From: Octopus vulgaris
Taxonomy: Eukaryota
Length of the DNA: 64,000 nucleotides
Assembly (NCBI GenBank): GCA_951406725.2
Contig: OX597820.1
Coordinates: 115,940,001-116,004,000 of the forward strand
Direction: 5' to 3'
The notes beneath the pieces are model-generated. The model ran no database searches. It was given only the letters and a program-made list of their open reading frames with translations, and was not told where the DNA came from. The position numbers were made by a program, and so were the translations under genes. Of the stretch, positions 1 through 14,061 are shown one piece after another (position 1 is the stretch's first letter; each line of letters begins with the position of its first letter).

Positions 1-232
1 CTTCTCCTCCAAAGATATTCTTTTCTTCTCTAGGCACAAGGCCTGAAATTTTTGGCGAGTGGGGTCAGTTGATTAGATTGACCCCAGTATACAACAGGTA
101 CTTAATTTATTGACCCCAAAAGGATGAAAGGCAAAGTCGACCTCAGCAGAATTTGAACTCAGAATGTAAAGACAGACGAAATACCGCTAAGCATTTCGCC
201 TTGCGTGCTAATGGTTCTGCCAGCTCGCCGCC
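1..232 (-). mobile_element. tRNA-derived SINE, family A (Nin-domain-like)
   Basis: Reverse complement has a ggcgagctggcagaa...gttcaaattc head and a gtcgactttgcctttcatcctttt...gtcaataaattaagtacc body. Other copies at ~1635-1831(+), 4030-4235(-), 4465-4665(-), 15840-16072(-), 20800-20994(-), 31345-31578(-), 40374-40592(+), 41399-41862(+, two), 52204-52430(-), 52944-53174(-). Confidence 0.85.
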
Positions 233-629
233 TTTAGAATCAATGTATTCATGCTTGATCGGTCACTAATCAGAAGTTCTAATATCTACAATAAAGTGGC
301 TATAGGTCCCCAAGCTACAATCACTTTTCTATAAAATTGCTTGTCAACCTCAGCAAAACAATACTCTCTCTCTTTCATATACCATCATCATCATTCTAAT
401 GGCCACTTTGCATGCTTGCATGGGTCAGATGGAATTTGTTGAGGCAGATTTTCTACAGCTGGATGCTCTTCCTCTCATGAACTTTTTTGCTTCAAAGGAG
501 AGTAATATTTCCTTATGGCCAGACATGTTTTCAAATGAAGGACACCACTTATATAATGGTGACGCTCGTTTACAACTACCACAATGTCAAGGCAAGGAGA
601 CAGTAACACATGCTTATACATATGCGTGT

Positions 630-694
<65 letters not shown>

Positions 695-1033
695 GAGGAG
701 GCTCTTTCAGTTTCCATCTATGAAATCCATTCACAAGGATTTGGTTGGCCTGAGGCTATACAAAAGACACTTTTCCCAAAGTGCCACCGAGTAGGACTGA
801 ACCTGGAACCATTTAGTTAGGAAGCAAACTTCTTACAACACAGCCATGACTGCACCACACACATACATGTGTGTATGTACATATATATATATGATGGGCT
901 TCTTTCAGTTTCCATCTACCAAATCCACTCACAAGGATTTGGTCAGCCCAAGGCTATAATAGAAGACACTTGCCCAAGGTGCCACGCAATGGAACTGAAC
1001 CTGGAACCAGTTAGATGGGAAGCAAACTTTTTA

Positions 1034-1074
<41 letters not shown>

Positions 1075-3732
1075 ATTAAGCAGTCCTGCTAGCATTTAAA
1101 TGATACATAGAATTAAAAATGCTAAAAGGCCTTTCACATTTTAACTCGATATATCAATATCAGAATTGTGTGGCAGAATATTTGGACAATGCTATATCGT
1201 GCAATGGATTTGAAAAATTCTTTTTGACAAGTTTGACGGCTAAATCTTATGTAGATATTATTTGAATAATATCCACTTTAGAAATTATAAGTTAATTCTG
1301 TCAGTATTTGTATTGTGGGAGTGGGGTGATGGCGGTGGTGGTGGATATGATATATGTTAATCTGATTTTTGCCTGGAGCTGTAGAACTTGTCAGAACTTG
1401 CAAGGAAATGTCAAGAAGGATTTAGGCACCACTCCTACGTTCTATTTTGCACACAACTACACAAGTAGCAGTGTGAGAAATGATCATGTTTTCTGGTTAT
1501 TATTGGCTCTAAAATACAGTTTCCAATGTAGCTGTGGTTGATAAGGCTTGTTTTGTGACTTGGTTTCAGTGATTTTATTTCTAAAAGGTCAGCTTTTCCA
1601 CCCAATTCGCTGGTAATATATTTAATTGTTTCAGGGTGGCAATCTGGCAGAATCGTTAGCACACTGAGTATTTCTTCTGTCTTTACGTTCTGAGTTCAAA
1701 TTCCGCCGAGGTCGACTTTTCTTTCCATCCTTTTGGGTCGATAAATTAAGTACCAGTTGTGTACTGGGGTCTATCTAATCGACTGCGCCCCCTCCCCCAA
1801 AATTTTGGGCCTTGTACCTGGAGTAGAAAAGAATATATTCAATGTTTCATATTTTTAAAAAATGTAACAGTTTAAGTATAATGAAAATTAATCCTTTTAT
1901 CGCCATCTTCATCATCACCTTCATCATCACCTTCACCATCATCATCCTCATGTAGCATCTTCTTTCCATGTTGGCATGGGTTAGACTGTTTGACTGAAAC
2001 TGGTAAGTCGAGGAGCTGCACCAAGTTCCAATCTGACTTGGCATGGTTTCTATGGCAGGATGCCCTTCTTTATATAGAGAGAGATTTGGTTTGCAAGATC
2101 CTTGATGTGAATCCATGAGTTTAACCAGACCTTGTATCTTGAGAAGGTCATTATGCCAATAATGTGTGTCTTATCGTTATTAGCATAATGACTCCCTGCC
2201 TCCAAGATCTATCCATTATAACCATCTACAGTCAGTGTTGTATAGAAAATGGCTTTGGCTAAAACATACTTCAGCTTCCCTGCCTTTAGCAGTTTTTCTT
2301 TCTCTTCTAATTATTTACAACCTACACAGCTCATATCTCTCAATACTCATAGTTTCTAAAATTATAATCTTTCTGAAATAAATGGATAACAAAAAAAAGA
2401 ACAACAAAAAATGCCATTAAGATTAAGTGAGCTGACACTGGATTAAAAATGATCTTTTAAACGAATGCAAATGACTTTTTAGGTCAAACTTAATTAGAAA
2501 GATATTTATTTTAAGTAACTGTAAAAGTTGTGCACCGAGTTAATTTTTTATTGAATGTTTATTTTATTTTTGAACTTTTAGAGCTGATATTTAATTGCAG
2601 GACACACTAAAATGGGTGGAATCTAGCAAAAATTAGTTTAATTATAGCTTGTCACAACAACTCTTCACTACTTTAATTGTAACTTACCAAACACAGCTCT
2701 GTCAAGGGAACTTAAAGTAAAACTTTAAAAGAAGCTTTCATGATATAAACTGCTTTCATTTTGTCCTCTCAAAGATTAGAAATTTCAACGGATAGGGAAC
2801 ACTAATTTAGGAATAGTATTTGTCGAGAATTTAAAATTACTAATTATTTATTTAAAAAAACAACAACTTGCTTTAAAGTTCTTAAATCATAAATATAAAT
2901 TATGAGTAGCAAAACAGTAATAAAAATATAATTGATACAATGATATCAACAGTTGTAAAACCCTGTTTATATTGTTTTAAATGTTATGCATTTTATTTGC
3001 AAATCTAATGAATACATAAAGTATATATTATCATCATCATCGTTTAACATCTGCTTTCCATGCTAGCATGGGTTGGACGATTTTGACTGAGAACTGGCGA
3101 ACCAGATGGCTGCACCAGGCTCCAATCTTGATCTAGCAGAGTTTCTACAGCTGGATGCCCTTCCTAATGCCAACCACTCCGAGAGTGTAGTGGGTGCTTT
3201 TACGTGCCATCGGCACGAGGGCCAGTCAGGAGGTACTGGCAACGGCCATGCTCAAATGGTGCTTTTTATGTGCCACCTGCACAGGAACCAGTCCAGCAGC
3301 ACTGGCAACGACCTCGCTTGAGTAGAAGTGTAGAAATATATGTGCTGGTGCTGGTGCCATGTAGAAAGCACCTGTGCCGGAGCTGTGTAAAAGCACCCAG
3401 TACACTCTGTAGAGTGGTTGGTGTTAAGAAGGGCATCCAGCCATAGAAACCTTGCCAAAACAGACAGGGAGCCTGATCAGTCCTTCAGCTGGTCAGATCC
3501 TGTCAAACTGTCCAGCCTGTGCCAACACGGAAAATGGACATTAAATGATGATGATGATGATATAAGCTATATATCATAATAGTGAAAATGTAAACTACAT
3601 TTTTAAATATTTATAAACTAGCTGCATGAAAAAAACAGTGGGTAGTTTGTTTTTTTTTTCTTTTGACCCCTAGGGCTAATAAGATCAGTAACCCAATTTC
3701 CATGGTGTAGAAGTGACCAAGATGACAACATA

Positions 3733-4028
3733 CCCTTTCAATTGGACACTGGTCCCTTGCAAGGACCCTTTCAATTGGACACTGGTCCCTTGCAAAGACC
3801 CTTCCAATTGGACACTGGTCCCTTGCAAGGACCCTTCCAATTGGACACTGGTTCCTTGCAAGGGCCCTTTCAATTGGACAATGGTCCCTTGCAAGGACCC
3901 TTCCAATTGGACACTGGTCCCTTGCAAGGACCCTTCCAATTGGACACTGGTCCCTTGCAAGGACCCTTCCAATTGGACACTGGTCCCTTGAAAGGACCCT
4001 TTCAATTGGACACTGGTCCCTTGTAAGG
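3733..4028. repeat. 33-bp minisatellite, ~9 copies
   Basis: Unit ccctt(c/t)caattggacactggtcccttgcaagga, contiguous with no spacers. Confidence 0.95.
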
Positions 4029-6263
4029 TTCAAGGCCAGCAGTTTTCAGGGAAAGGGTATAAAATTGATTACATTGACCTCGCTAATTGACTGGTGGTAC
4101 TTTTTGTCAACACCAAAAACAATGAAAGGCGAAGTTGACATTGGCAGGATTTGAACTCAGAACCCAAAGTGTTGGAAGAAATGCCACAAAACATATTATC
4201 TGGCATGCTAAGGATTCTACCAGTTTACCACCTTACTTAGCAATAATATATTTAATGTCAAGCTGTCGTTTCTCTTCCAGAAACTCTAAATAATTTCTCT
4301 AAGTGATTCTGATTTTCTACTCCAGCCTTTCTGCACCTTTTTTCAATATAAATTCTTGAGTCTTCCATTGTTACTTCGATGAGTTTGGTGCCTTCTATTG
4401 TTGAAGTTATAAGATTTAAACAGATCTAGAATTGTCTTCCATATCTGCAGTTATAATTGGTTTCAAATTTTGGCACAAGGCCAGCAATTTTCAGGGGAGG
4501 GAGTAACCCGATTACATCAACCCCAGTGCTTGACTTATTTTATCGACCCCAAAGGGATGAAAGACAAAATCAACTCCAGCAGCATTTGAACTCAGAATGT
4601 AAAGACAGATAAAATGCTGTTAGGAATTTTGCCTTTTGTCCTAACGATTCTGCCAGCTCTTTGCCTTAATTTACTGAAATAATTAAAATAATATTTGTCA
4701 ATGACTAATATTGTTTTTTCCTCACTGCATAATTATTTCTAATTAGCTTTTTAATGATTCCTGCAATTAAATATGTTGACATTAGCCATACAACAATCTT
4801 GTTGACACTAAAATTAATTGATATTTGTATCTCATCTCAAAACTTGCTGCATTAATTGTAAATTGATACAGTAATGGTTCAGTTCGTACAAAATTAGCAT
4901 CTAAATGTCTAAATTTTAATAATTCTTCAAGAAAGTAAGTTGGAACAGTTCCACTCTTGTTTGAAACTTTGTTGCTTACAAGAAAAATATTTTCACTGAA
5001 AATTACCTAAAATACAATTTTTATATCAAATCGAATATAATTCATTTTTTATACTCTCTGTATAAATATTTTTTAATTTTTGGTATTATGACCTCAAGCT
5101 AAACTATGAAGAAATCGACTATAATTGCTTAAATTTGCTAAATTGATTGAAAAATACATTTATCAAAAATATATTTACCTGTTTAGAGTTCAGCCATAGT
5201 TCAGGTAAGTTAGAATATTTAATATGACCAACTTCATAACATGGATGAGATAACGATCTTTAATTGGTTAATTGATAAACTTCTATGACATAGATCTATT
5301 AGCAAGCTTACTCAGGAAGGAATATCACTATTAATGTGATAAACAGTCTTGTGTGTGGGGGGGCCGAGTATATATGTAAGAGATAAAGCTATCTTTATTT
5401 TTGATCTTTTACTTGTTTCACTCATTAGACTGGATTTTTTTCTTTTAAAGCCAGTCACTTATTCTATTGGTCTCTTTTTGCCAAACAGCAACAAATCCAT
5501 TCATAAGGCTTTGGTCAATTTGGGGCTATTATAGAAGACATTTGCCTAAGGTATGATGCAGTAAGATTGAACCTGCAGCTATGTGGCTGGAAAGCAAATT
5601 TTTTAGCGCACAGCCACGCCTACACCCATAAAATATTTTTTCTGGTTCTAAAGAGTGGTGCCAGTCTATGAGATGAACTTCAAGCTATGTTAAGGATGTG
5701 TTTTGTCAGGATAGGTCCTCAGTAAGACCCAACATTTTGAGTGGTCCTCAGGGATCTAGCTGAGTGTCACTCAAATTTAGAGGAAGTGGGATTCAATGGT
5801 GTTTTCTTGATATGAGCAAGGCTTCTTTTTTTCTATTAAAAGAGACAAAGTTGGCATGGCCTCACTGGGAGATGTTTCTAAAACCTCTGTTCAGAGAATC
5901 AGTGCAGGTTTGGCTTTTAGGTTCCATGTCAATGATGCATCATTGGGGTATGTTAGGCAGAAAGGAAAAATGATACATCTGTGCAAGAATGTGTGTTTCT
6001 GGGTGTGGAAGCAAAAACAAAACAAACAAACCCTGGGGCACGCCAGAGAGTGGGACAGAAAGAGCTGCATTGAAACATGCATTATGGTGCAATCTGATAG
6101 GGCAGTCATATGCCAGACACAGTCACAAATTTGCTGATGTCCAGCCACTTAGCATTTAAACTGATCATATCTGGCTCAAAGACTACCTGTTTTATGTTGA
6201 AACTGGTCAGATTCAGCCTTTCACACCTATCTTACAATGTCATTGTAAAATTAAGCAACCATA

Positions 6264-6660
6264 GGCACAGGCGTGGCTGTATGGTAAGAAACTTGCTTCC
6301 CAGCTACATGGTTCTGTGTTCAGTCCCACTGCGTGGCACCTTAGGCAAGTGTCTTCTACTATAGCCTCGGGCCAACCAAAGCCTTGTGAGTGAATTTAGA
6401 TGGAAACTGAAAGAAGCCTGTCGTATATATACATATATGTATGTGTATTTGTCTATCTATCTGTGTTTGTCCCCCGACCATCGCTTGACAACGGATGTTG
6501 GTGTGTTTATGTCCCCATAACTTAGTGGTTTGGCAAAAGGCACCAATAGAATAAATGCTAGGCTTACAAAAAATAGATCCTGAGGTCAATGTGTTCAACT
6601 AAAGGCGATGCTCCAGCATGGCCACAATGAAATGACTGAAACATGTAAAAGAATAAAAGA
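6264..6660 (+). mobile_element. tRNA-derived SINE, family B (CORE-like; octopus OR-type)
   Basis: gtggctgt(g/a)tggtaag A box, gttcagtccc B box, accttgggcaagtgtctt core, internal microsatellite, aaagaata tail. Other copies at ~700-1040(-), 5490-5625(-), 8340-8712(+), 9053-9650(+), 11391-11768(+), 12797-13075(+), 15298-15755(+), 17755-17907(+), 29530-29680(+), 38040-38432(-), 38570-38905(+), 48175-48955(-), 53640-54235(-), 61326-61440(+), 62034-62163(-). Confidence 0.85.
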
Positions 6661-7000
6661 AGAATGCCATATTGAAATCTTGAAGCTGAGAGAGAGAACA
6701 TGATTGATTCAAAACCATTTGGAGGAGAAATCCAGATGCAAAACGGTAACAACAACATTACATTTGTTAATAGAGAGGTGGAGGGACATAATAAAGAGGG
6801 GAGGAAGGATTATGAGAATCAGTAAAGTTTCAGCTAAAATACCTTGTGGTATTTAATCTTGTATCTTTCTGCTCTAGGTTCAGTTCCTAGTAAGGTCAAC
6901 TTTGCCTATCTTTCTTTCAGGATCAATAAAATAATTATCAGTTGAGTAATCAGTCAAACTAATTACTCTGGTCATCCCCACATTTGAGACCTGGTCAATA

Positions 7001-8273
7001 TATTGGGTCGTCCCATAAATGATAGTTTTTTCATACCTTTTTTAATTTTTCAAAATTAAGATAAAATTTTATTCTAAAACATACTCTCCTTCATTTTCTG
7101 CAATGCTCTTCCATCTATCTAATAGACTTGCAAGGTCCCTCTTCCAAAATTCATTTGTCTATGACGTAAAATACTCCTTCAGTTCTGTTCTGACCTCATC
7201 TACAGAATTCATATCTTTACCATCCAAATGATTTTGAAAACTGCGGAATACACGATAATCAGATGGGGCAATGTCCGGCGAATATGGTGGGTGGAGCATG
7301 GTTTCTCATTCAAACTGCTCCAGCCTTTGGAATGTCATCCTTGCTGTATGTGGCCGACCATTATCTTGATGGAAGAACACCTTTTGTCTTGAAACCAAAG
7401 ACAATCGTTTTTCTTCTAGTGCTCAAGCTGCTGGTAGTTGAACTCCTTTGTTATCATTTCATTAGGGTTTAAAATTTCAAAGTGGATTAAACCTTTCATA
7501 TCCCACCAAACAGATCACAACACCTTACTTGGGTGAAGACATACTTTAGCCTGGAGTTTCGGTGTTTCTCCTTTCCCTGTCCACTGTCTTTGGTGCTTGA
7601 CATTTTTATGGAGAACCCATTTCTTGCCACCAGTCACTATTCTGTCCCAAAAAGGTTGTCATGAGACGTAACAACAAAGAAGAGCACACATTCACTTACT
7701 GCATGTGATTAGACTCAGAAAGTTTGTGAGGAACCCATTGACCCAATTTGCTGACTTATCCGATGGCACACAGATGTTGATGAATGGTTGAATGACCAAA
7801 TCCAAGCATCTCTGCTGGTCCCTCAACAGTTAACAGATGGGATTTTGTTCCACCAGGATTTGCAGGATGTTCTCGTCAAGCTCTACAGATCTTCCAGGTC
7901 GAGGCTCATCTTCTAGGATGTAGTTTCCAGCTCGGAATTTCTGGAACTACCATTGACGCTGGCTTACGCTTATTGTCTCCGATCCCCATATACTGCATTA
8001 ATATTCCTCACACTTTCCGTTTCGCTGTTGCCTTTATTGAACTCATAAAGCAAAATATGCCGAACACTCCCCTTTGTCACTTCCATTATAGCTTTGAAAA
8101 AATAATTGTGAAAATAATCAAATTGCACTCTTCAAAACTTGCACTAAGAATAAGGATAACATAAAATTGTTACCTGCTTTTATAGCAAGTTTTTGCAGGT
8201 AGTTTATCCTGTCCCCTTCCAACTTTTAGTTGCTGCAATTGAAAAAACTGCATTATTTATCAGATGACCCAAT
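7001..8273 (-). mobile_element. Near full-length decayed mariner transposon (~1.27 kb)
   Basis: TIRs tattgggtcgtcccataaat.../...atttatcagatgacccaata with TA ends; minus-strand motifs MEVTKG (start ~8086), LGQWVPH and HPPYSPDIAPSDY; frameshifts and stops. Confidence 0.92.
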
Positions 8274-9209
8274 ATAAAAAAAAACAAAAAACTATATGTA
8301 AAAAAAACCAACAAAGCAATGATTTGAAATTACCATAAAGGCACAGGTGTGGTTGTGTGGCAAGAAGCTTGCTTCCCAACTACATGGTTCTGGGTTCGGT
8401 CCCACTGCGTGGCACCTTGGGCAAGTGTCTTCTACTATAGCTTCGGGCCAACCAAAGCCTTGTGAGTGGATCTGGTAGACGGAAACTGAAAGAAGCCCGT
8501 TGTATATATGTATGTATTATTCCCCATTGCTGCTTGACAACTGGTGTTGGTTTGTTTATATCCTCATAACTTAACAGTTCAGCAAAAGCGACCAAGAGAA
8601 TAAGTGCCAGGTTTAAAAAGCAATAAATACGGTGGGCGATTCATTTGACTAAAAATTCATCAAGGTGGTGCCCCAGCATGGCCGCAGTCTAATGACTGAA
8701 ACAAGCAAAAGTTAAAAATGTTATACTTTTAAATGATATTGTTACGTTAACAATGCAACCCTGGACATTTTCTTTTCCACTGCATCCATTGTGTCTCTTG
8801 AACAACCAGTTGTTAAGCTGTAGTGGAGTATACAGTGTGTATATATACACTGTGTATAATAGTGCATAGAATTGATTAAAGGTGACACATCGCTTTTAAA
8901 ATGAAAAAGTGAACAAACAGGTTTACACAAAGAGAGACAAACAGACAGACTCTGAAAAAGATGAAAGACCATTGTGATATGAAACATTATGATGTTGAAC
9001 CTGTTTGTGAGTGTATATACTAAATACAATATACATACATATATATATCTATAAGTGTGGCTGTGTGGGAAGAAGCTTACTTCCCAACCACAAGGTTCTG
9101 GGTTCAGTCCCACTGTGTGGTACTTTGGTCAAGTGTCTTCTACTATAGCCTCGAGCCAACCAAAGCCTTGACAGTGAATTTGGCAGACAGAAACTAAAAG
9201 AAGCCCCTC

Positions 9210-9286
<77 letters not shown>

Positions 9287-9773
9287 TGTATATATATATG
9301 CATGTATATGTATATATTTATGTGTGTGTTTGTGTTGGTCCTCCCACCATTGCTTAGCAACCGATTCCATTGTGTTTGTTTCCATAACCTAACGGTTCAG
9401 CAAAAGGGACCAATAGAATCAGAACTAGGCTTACAAAGAATAAGTCCTTGGGTTAATTCTTTTCGACTAAAAAATCCTTTTAAGGCTGTGCTCCAGCATG
9501 GCCACAGTCAAATGCTTGAAACAAAAGAATATATATTATATATAAGTGCAGGTTGTGTGGTAAGAAGCTTGCTTCCCAACCACATGGTTCTGGGTTCAGT
9601 CCCACTGTATGGCACATTCGGCAAGTGTCTTCTACTATAGCTTCAGGCTGGCAAAACTGGAACAACGTGAAATAAAGTGTCTCGCTCAAGAACACAACTC
9701 ACAGCCAGGTCCAGGAACTGAACTCACAACCTCACAATAGTAAGCTCGACGCTCTAACCACTGAGCCATGCTC

Positions 9774-9774
<1 letters not shown>

Positions 9775-9872
<98 letters not shown>

Positions 9873-9897
9873 ATACATATATATATATATAACACAC

Positions 9898-9944
<47 letters not shown>

Positions 9945-10138
9945 CACATATATATATATATATATATATATATTATACATACACACACAATATACATATA
10001 TACATATATATACACATATATATATACACACACACACACACATATATATACACACACACATATATATATATACACACATATATATATATATACACACACA
10101 TATATATATATATACACACACATATATATATATATATA

Positions 10139-10177
<39 letters not shown>

Positions 10178-10216
10178 TATATATATACACATACACATAC
10201 ATATATATATATATAT

Positions 10217-10279
<63 letters not shown>

Positions 10280-10350
10280 TATATATATATATACACACAC
10301 ATATATATATATATATACATACACACACATACATACACACACACACACGT
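9775..10350. repeat. Compound (TA)n/(CA)n microsatellite
   Basis: Direct inspection; similar tracts at 634-692, 22415-22495, 28970-29188, 52775-52910, 56792-57075, 59995-60065. Confidence 0.95.
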
Positions 10351-10504
10351 ATATACATTATATGCAAACAATAACCTATTCATGCTAAATCCTTCAGGTT
10401 CCCACTCTGCTGTTTTGTAGTACATTCGACAGATCGACAGATCGCACTCTGTGTGTGTGTGTGTGTCTTTATCGGTGTGTGTGTTCATATGTGTGTGCTC
10501 TGCG

Positions 10505-11000
10505 TGTGTTTCTCTTTTTATCTTTCCACTCTGTCACACTTTCTTTCCTTTTTCACACACTCCCTCCCTCCCCCCTCCCTCCCCCATGTTTTTTTCCTTC
10601 TTTTGTCTCCTCCATTTCCCCTCCCCCCCTCTCCTTTTCTCCTTTGTACTTTCTCTTTCTCGGTGCAGGTTCACTTTCCCCCCTTCCCCCCCCACCACCT
10701 TATTTGCATGCTCCTTTCTCTCACCTGACTTCTCTCCTCTTTCATGCAGGTTTCTTCTCTCCCTTGCATACTCCTTCCCTCTCTCTCTCTTCTTTCTCTT
10801 CTCTCTCTCTCTCTTGCATCAGTCTTCTCCCTTGCATACTCCTTCCCTCTCTCTCTCTCGAACCATTGCTGTCTCACTCTGATCGACCTCCTCACTCATA
10901 CCTCCTCTCACTTCTTGTCTTCATTCTCTCTCTCTCTCTCTCCCATAGTTATCTCTCTCTCTCTCTCCCATAGTTTTCTCTCTCTCTCTTTCTCACTTGT
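10505..11000. repeat. Polypyrimidine (CT-rich) low-complexity tract
   Basis: About 500 nt of almost pure C/T with a repeated tctcccttgcatactccttccctctctct. Confidence 0.85.
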
Positions 11001-11076
11001 ACCTAATATGTAATCAATATTGATGCTTATTATCCATTAAACACAGCTATTGATTCAGTTTATCACAAACTCCCCC

Positions 11077-11115
<39 letters not shown>

Positions 11116-11776
11116 ATACGTCTACCTGTGTGTGTATAAGATGTATTATTTATTACCTATGAAGGTGCGTAAGTGGCTCAAGAGTCTATGGCTTCATACC
11201 TACCATACTGCATGCCAAAATATACAAGAATAAAACAATATGGATGTTTAATGTATGCGCGTGTGTGTGTGTGTGTATGTATGTATGTATATATGTGTGT
11301 GTGTGTGTATATAATCATTTAACGTCCATTTTACATGCTGGCATGAGTTGGGCCTCTCTCACTCTCTCTCACTCTCTCTCCCTCTCTTTCAGGAGTGGCT
11401 GTGTGGTAAGTAGCTTCCTTACGAACCACATGGTTCCAGGTTCAGTCCCACTGCTTGCCACCTTGGGCAAGTGTCTTCTACTATAGCCTCTGTCCAACCA
11501 AAGCCTTATGAGTGGATTTGGTAGATGGAAACTGAAAGAAGCCTGTCGTATATATATATATATATGTGTGTGTATATGTTTGTGTGTCTGTGTTTGTCCC
11601 CCTGCCATCACTTGACAACTGATGCTGGTGTGTCACTTACCAGTTTGGCAAGCGGGACTGATAGAATAAGTACTAGGCTTACAAAGAATAAGTCATGAGG
11701 TCGATTTACTCAACTAAAGGCAGTGCCCCAGCATGGCCGCAGTCAAATGACTGAAACAAACAGAAGAATATATATG

Positions 11777-11813
<37 letters not shown>

Positions 11814-11815
<2 letters not shown>

Positions 11816-11984
11816 ACAATAAAGGAACGGCCATAATAGGCCATTCACCCACTAGAAATAACAGCCAAAGCTTCAACCGCAAATAAAAGTTAATTCAGTA
11901 AACCAGGAGAAAATTTAGGTTGAAGCTTTGGCTGTTATTTCTAGTGGATGAATGGCCTATTATGGCCGTTCCTTTATTGTTGAT
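11814..11984. repeat. Near-perfect ~65-bp-arm inverted repeat inserted in (TA)n
   Basis: caacaataaaggaacggccataatagg...cttcaacc mirrored by ggttgaag...cctttattgttg. Confidence 0.85.
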
Positions 11985-13572
11985 GTTGAACTTAAAAATG
12001 GTCTATGACTATTTTAATTTTTTCCTACTAGGCCGCTGGTGGCAAAAGAATTCTACAAAATTTTTTTTGCCACCCTATATTGATTAATTATATATATATA
12101 TATATATATAAACATAATTAAAGGATAAAATCATTAAAATTAATGAATTAGTGGCCAGCATATAAAAAACATCTTTTAGGTAAAATTCATATTTAGAGAT
12201 ATATAATAATATAGAATTCACTTATAATGAAGAGCACAGAAGCCACCGTGCCTGTATGCTAGAAAGAGATGCCAAATACATGCAGCCATTACAAAATTCA
12301 CTTCAATATACACAGGTTGAAAGCGGCAAAAGTGGACAAACCAAAAATTCATAATATATATAGATAGATATATCATCATCATCATCGTTTAACATCTGTT
12401 TTCCATGCTGGCATGGATGGCTTGACCGGGGTCTGGGAAGCCAGGAGGCTGCACCAGGTTCCAACCTGATCTGGCAATGTTTCTACAGCTGGATGCTCTT
12501 CCTAATCCCAACCACACACACAATATACAAATGCTTTTGGTGCGAATGGTTTTGTTATACGGTGCCGTATTTTACAATCCTGTTGTGTTCTTTAGCAAAA
12601 CACTTAATTTCATGTTGTTCTGGCATCATTTCGACATTTGCCATGTGGCACACATGGTGCAACAGTGCAGGCAATGTTGATCTGATGGAAGGAGTGAGCT
12701 TATGGGAACACAAACATTTGATCTTTATAAAAAAATCATCTGTAAGTGTAAAAAAATTGTGGAACCCTCAGCCATTGTCTAATGATGGGAGAGTCCAAAG
12801 CTTGCTTCCCAACCATAGGGTTCAGGGTTCAGTCCCATTGTGTGACACCTTGGACAAGTGTCTTCTATTATAGCCTCAGACAGGTCAAAGCCTTATGAAT
12901 GGATTTGTTAGTTGGAAACTGAAAGAAGCCCGTCATATATGTGTGTGTGTGTGTGTGTGTGTGTCTATTTGTGTCTGTTCTTCTCACCATTACTGTTTGA
13001 CAACTGGTGTTGGTGTGTTTACATCCCTGCAACTTAGCGGTTCGACAAAAGAGACCATGAGAATATGAAGTACTAATGCCTGCATATACAGCTGCGTGCG
13101 TGCACACATACACGCGAGTACTGTCCAAATCTCCGACCAATCACATACAGCTATTGATTTTTTAATGGCTTTGCTGGGTGACTGGGGAAATGTAAAGATG
13201 TGCATGACCACCCTTGGATGGTTTTGAATTACCATAGAAATTGCGAACCCTCTAACTGAAAAATTGTGGATTTGTATAAAGGATACACACACAGACAGAC
13301 ATTTTGCTGTTTATATATAGAGAGATGAGGCTTTAAAAAGAAACGTCCTGGAGTTGATTTGTTTGACTAAGTTAAAAAAAAAAAAGAAATATCTATGAAT
13401 GATTTTGTTCTATGGATCCATAAGAATCATGTCACATCAACTTGTAGGATGCCAGAAATGGCTAGGCATGATAACATAGAGCTGACAGTGAAGTAGACAA
13501 CATTGAATACATCAAGTGTTGGTAGGATATTGTAGACAGGCAAGCATCAGATCCAATTTCAACCACAGATCT

Positions 13573-13978
13573 TATTTCTTTATTGCCCACAAGGGGCTAA
13601 ACATAGAGGGGACAAACAAGGACAGACAAAGGGATTAAGTTGATTACATTGACCCCAGTGTGTAACTGGTACTTAATTTATCGACCCTGAAAGGATGAAA
13701 GGCAAAGTCGACCTTAGCGGAATTTGAACTTAGAACGTAGCGGCAAACGAAATACCTATTTCTTTATTACCCACAAGGGGCTAAACACAGAGGGGACAAA
13801 CAAGGACAAACAAATGGATTAAGTCAATTATATCGACCTCAGTGCGTAACTGGTATTTAATTTATCGACCTCGAAAGGATGAAAGGCAAAGTCGACCTTG
13901 GCGGAATTTGAACTCAGAACGTAACGGCAGATGAAATACAGCTACGCATTTTGCCCGTCGTTGTAACGTTTCTGCCAG
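13573..13978 (-). mobile_element. Tandem dimer of SINE family A
   Basis: Two head-to-tail copies of tatttctttatt(g/a)cccacaaggggctaaac...gaatttgaact(t/c)agaacgta. Confidence 0.85.
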
Positions 13979-14023
13979 ATCTGACTCCTTTGTGTTGCAT
14001 AGGTATAAAAACGGCATTGTTTT

Positions 14024-14061
<38 letters not shown>

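Noticed and set aside
3106-3321. Recurrent 'FLQLDALPNANHS' ORF family
   Set aside because: Antisense translation of the RTE 3' UTR repeat
3733-4028. CRISPR-like array of palindromic 33-bp repeats
   Set aside because: Units are contiguous with no unique spacers, there are no cas genes, and the context is eukaryotic; it is a minisatellite
9686-10973. Long ORFs of 140-220 aa ([12 protein letters not shown])
   Set aside because: Translations of dinucleotide microsatellites and CT tracts
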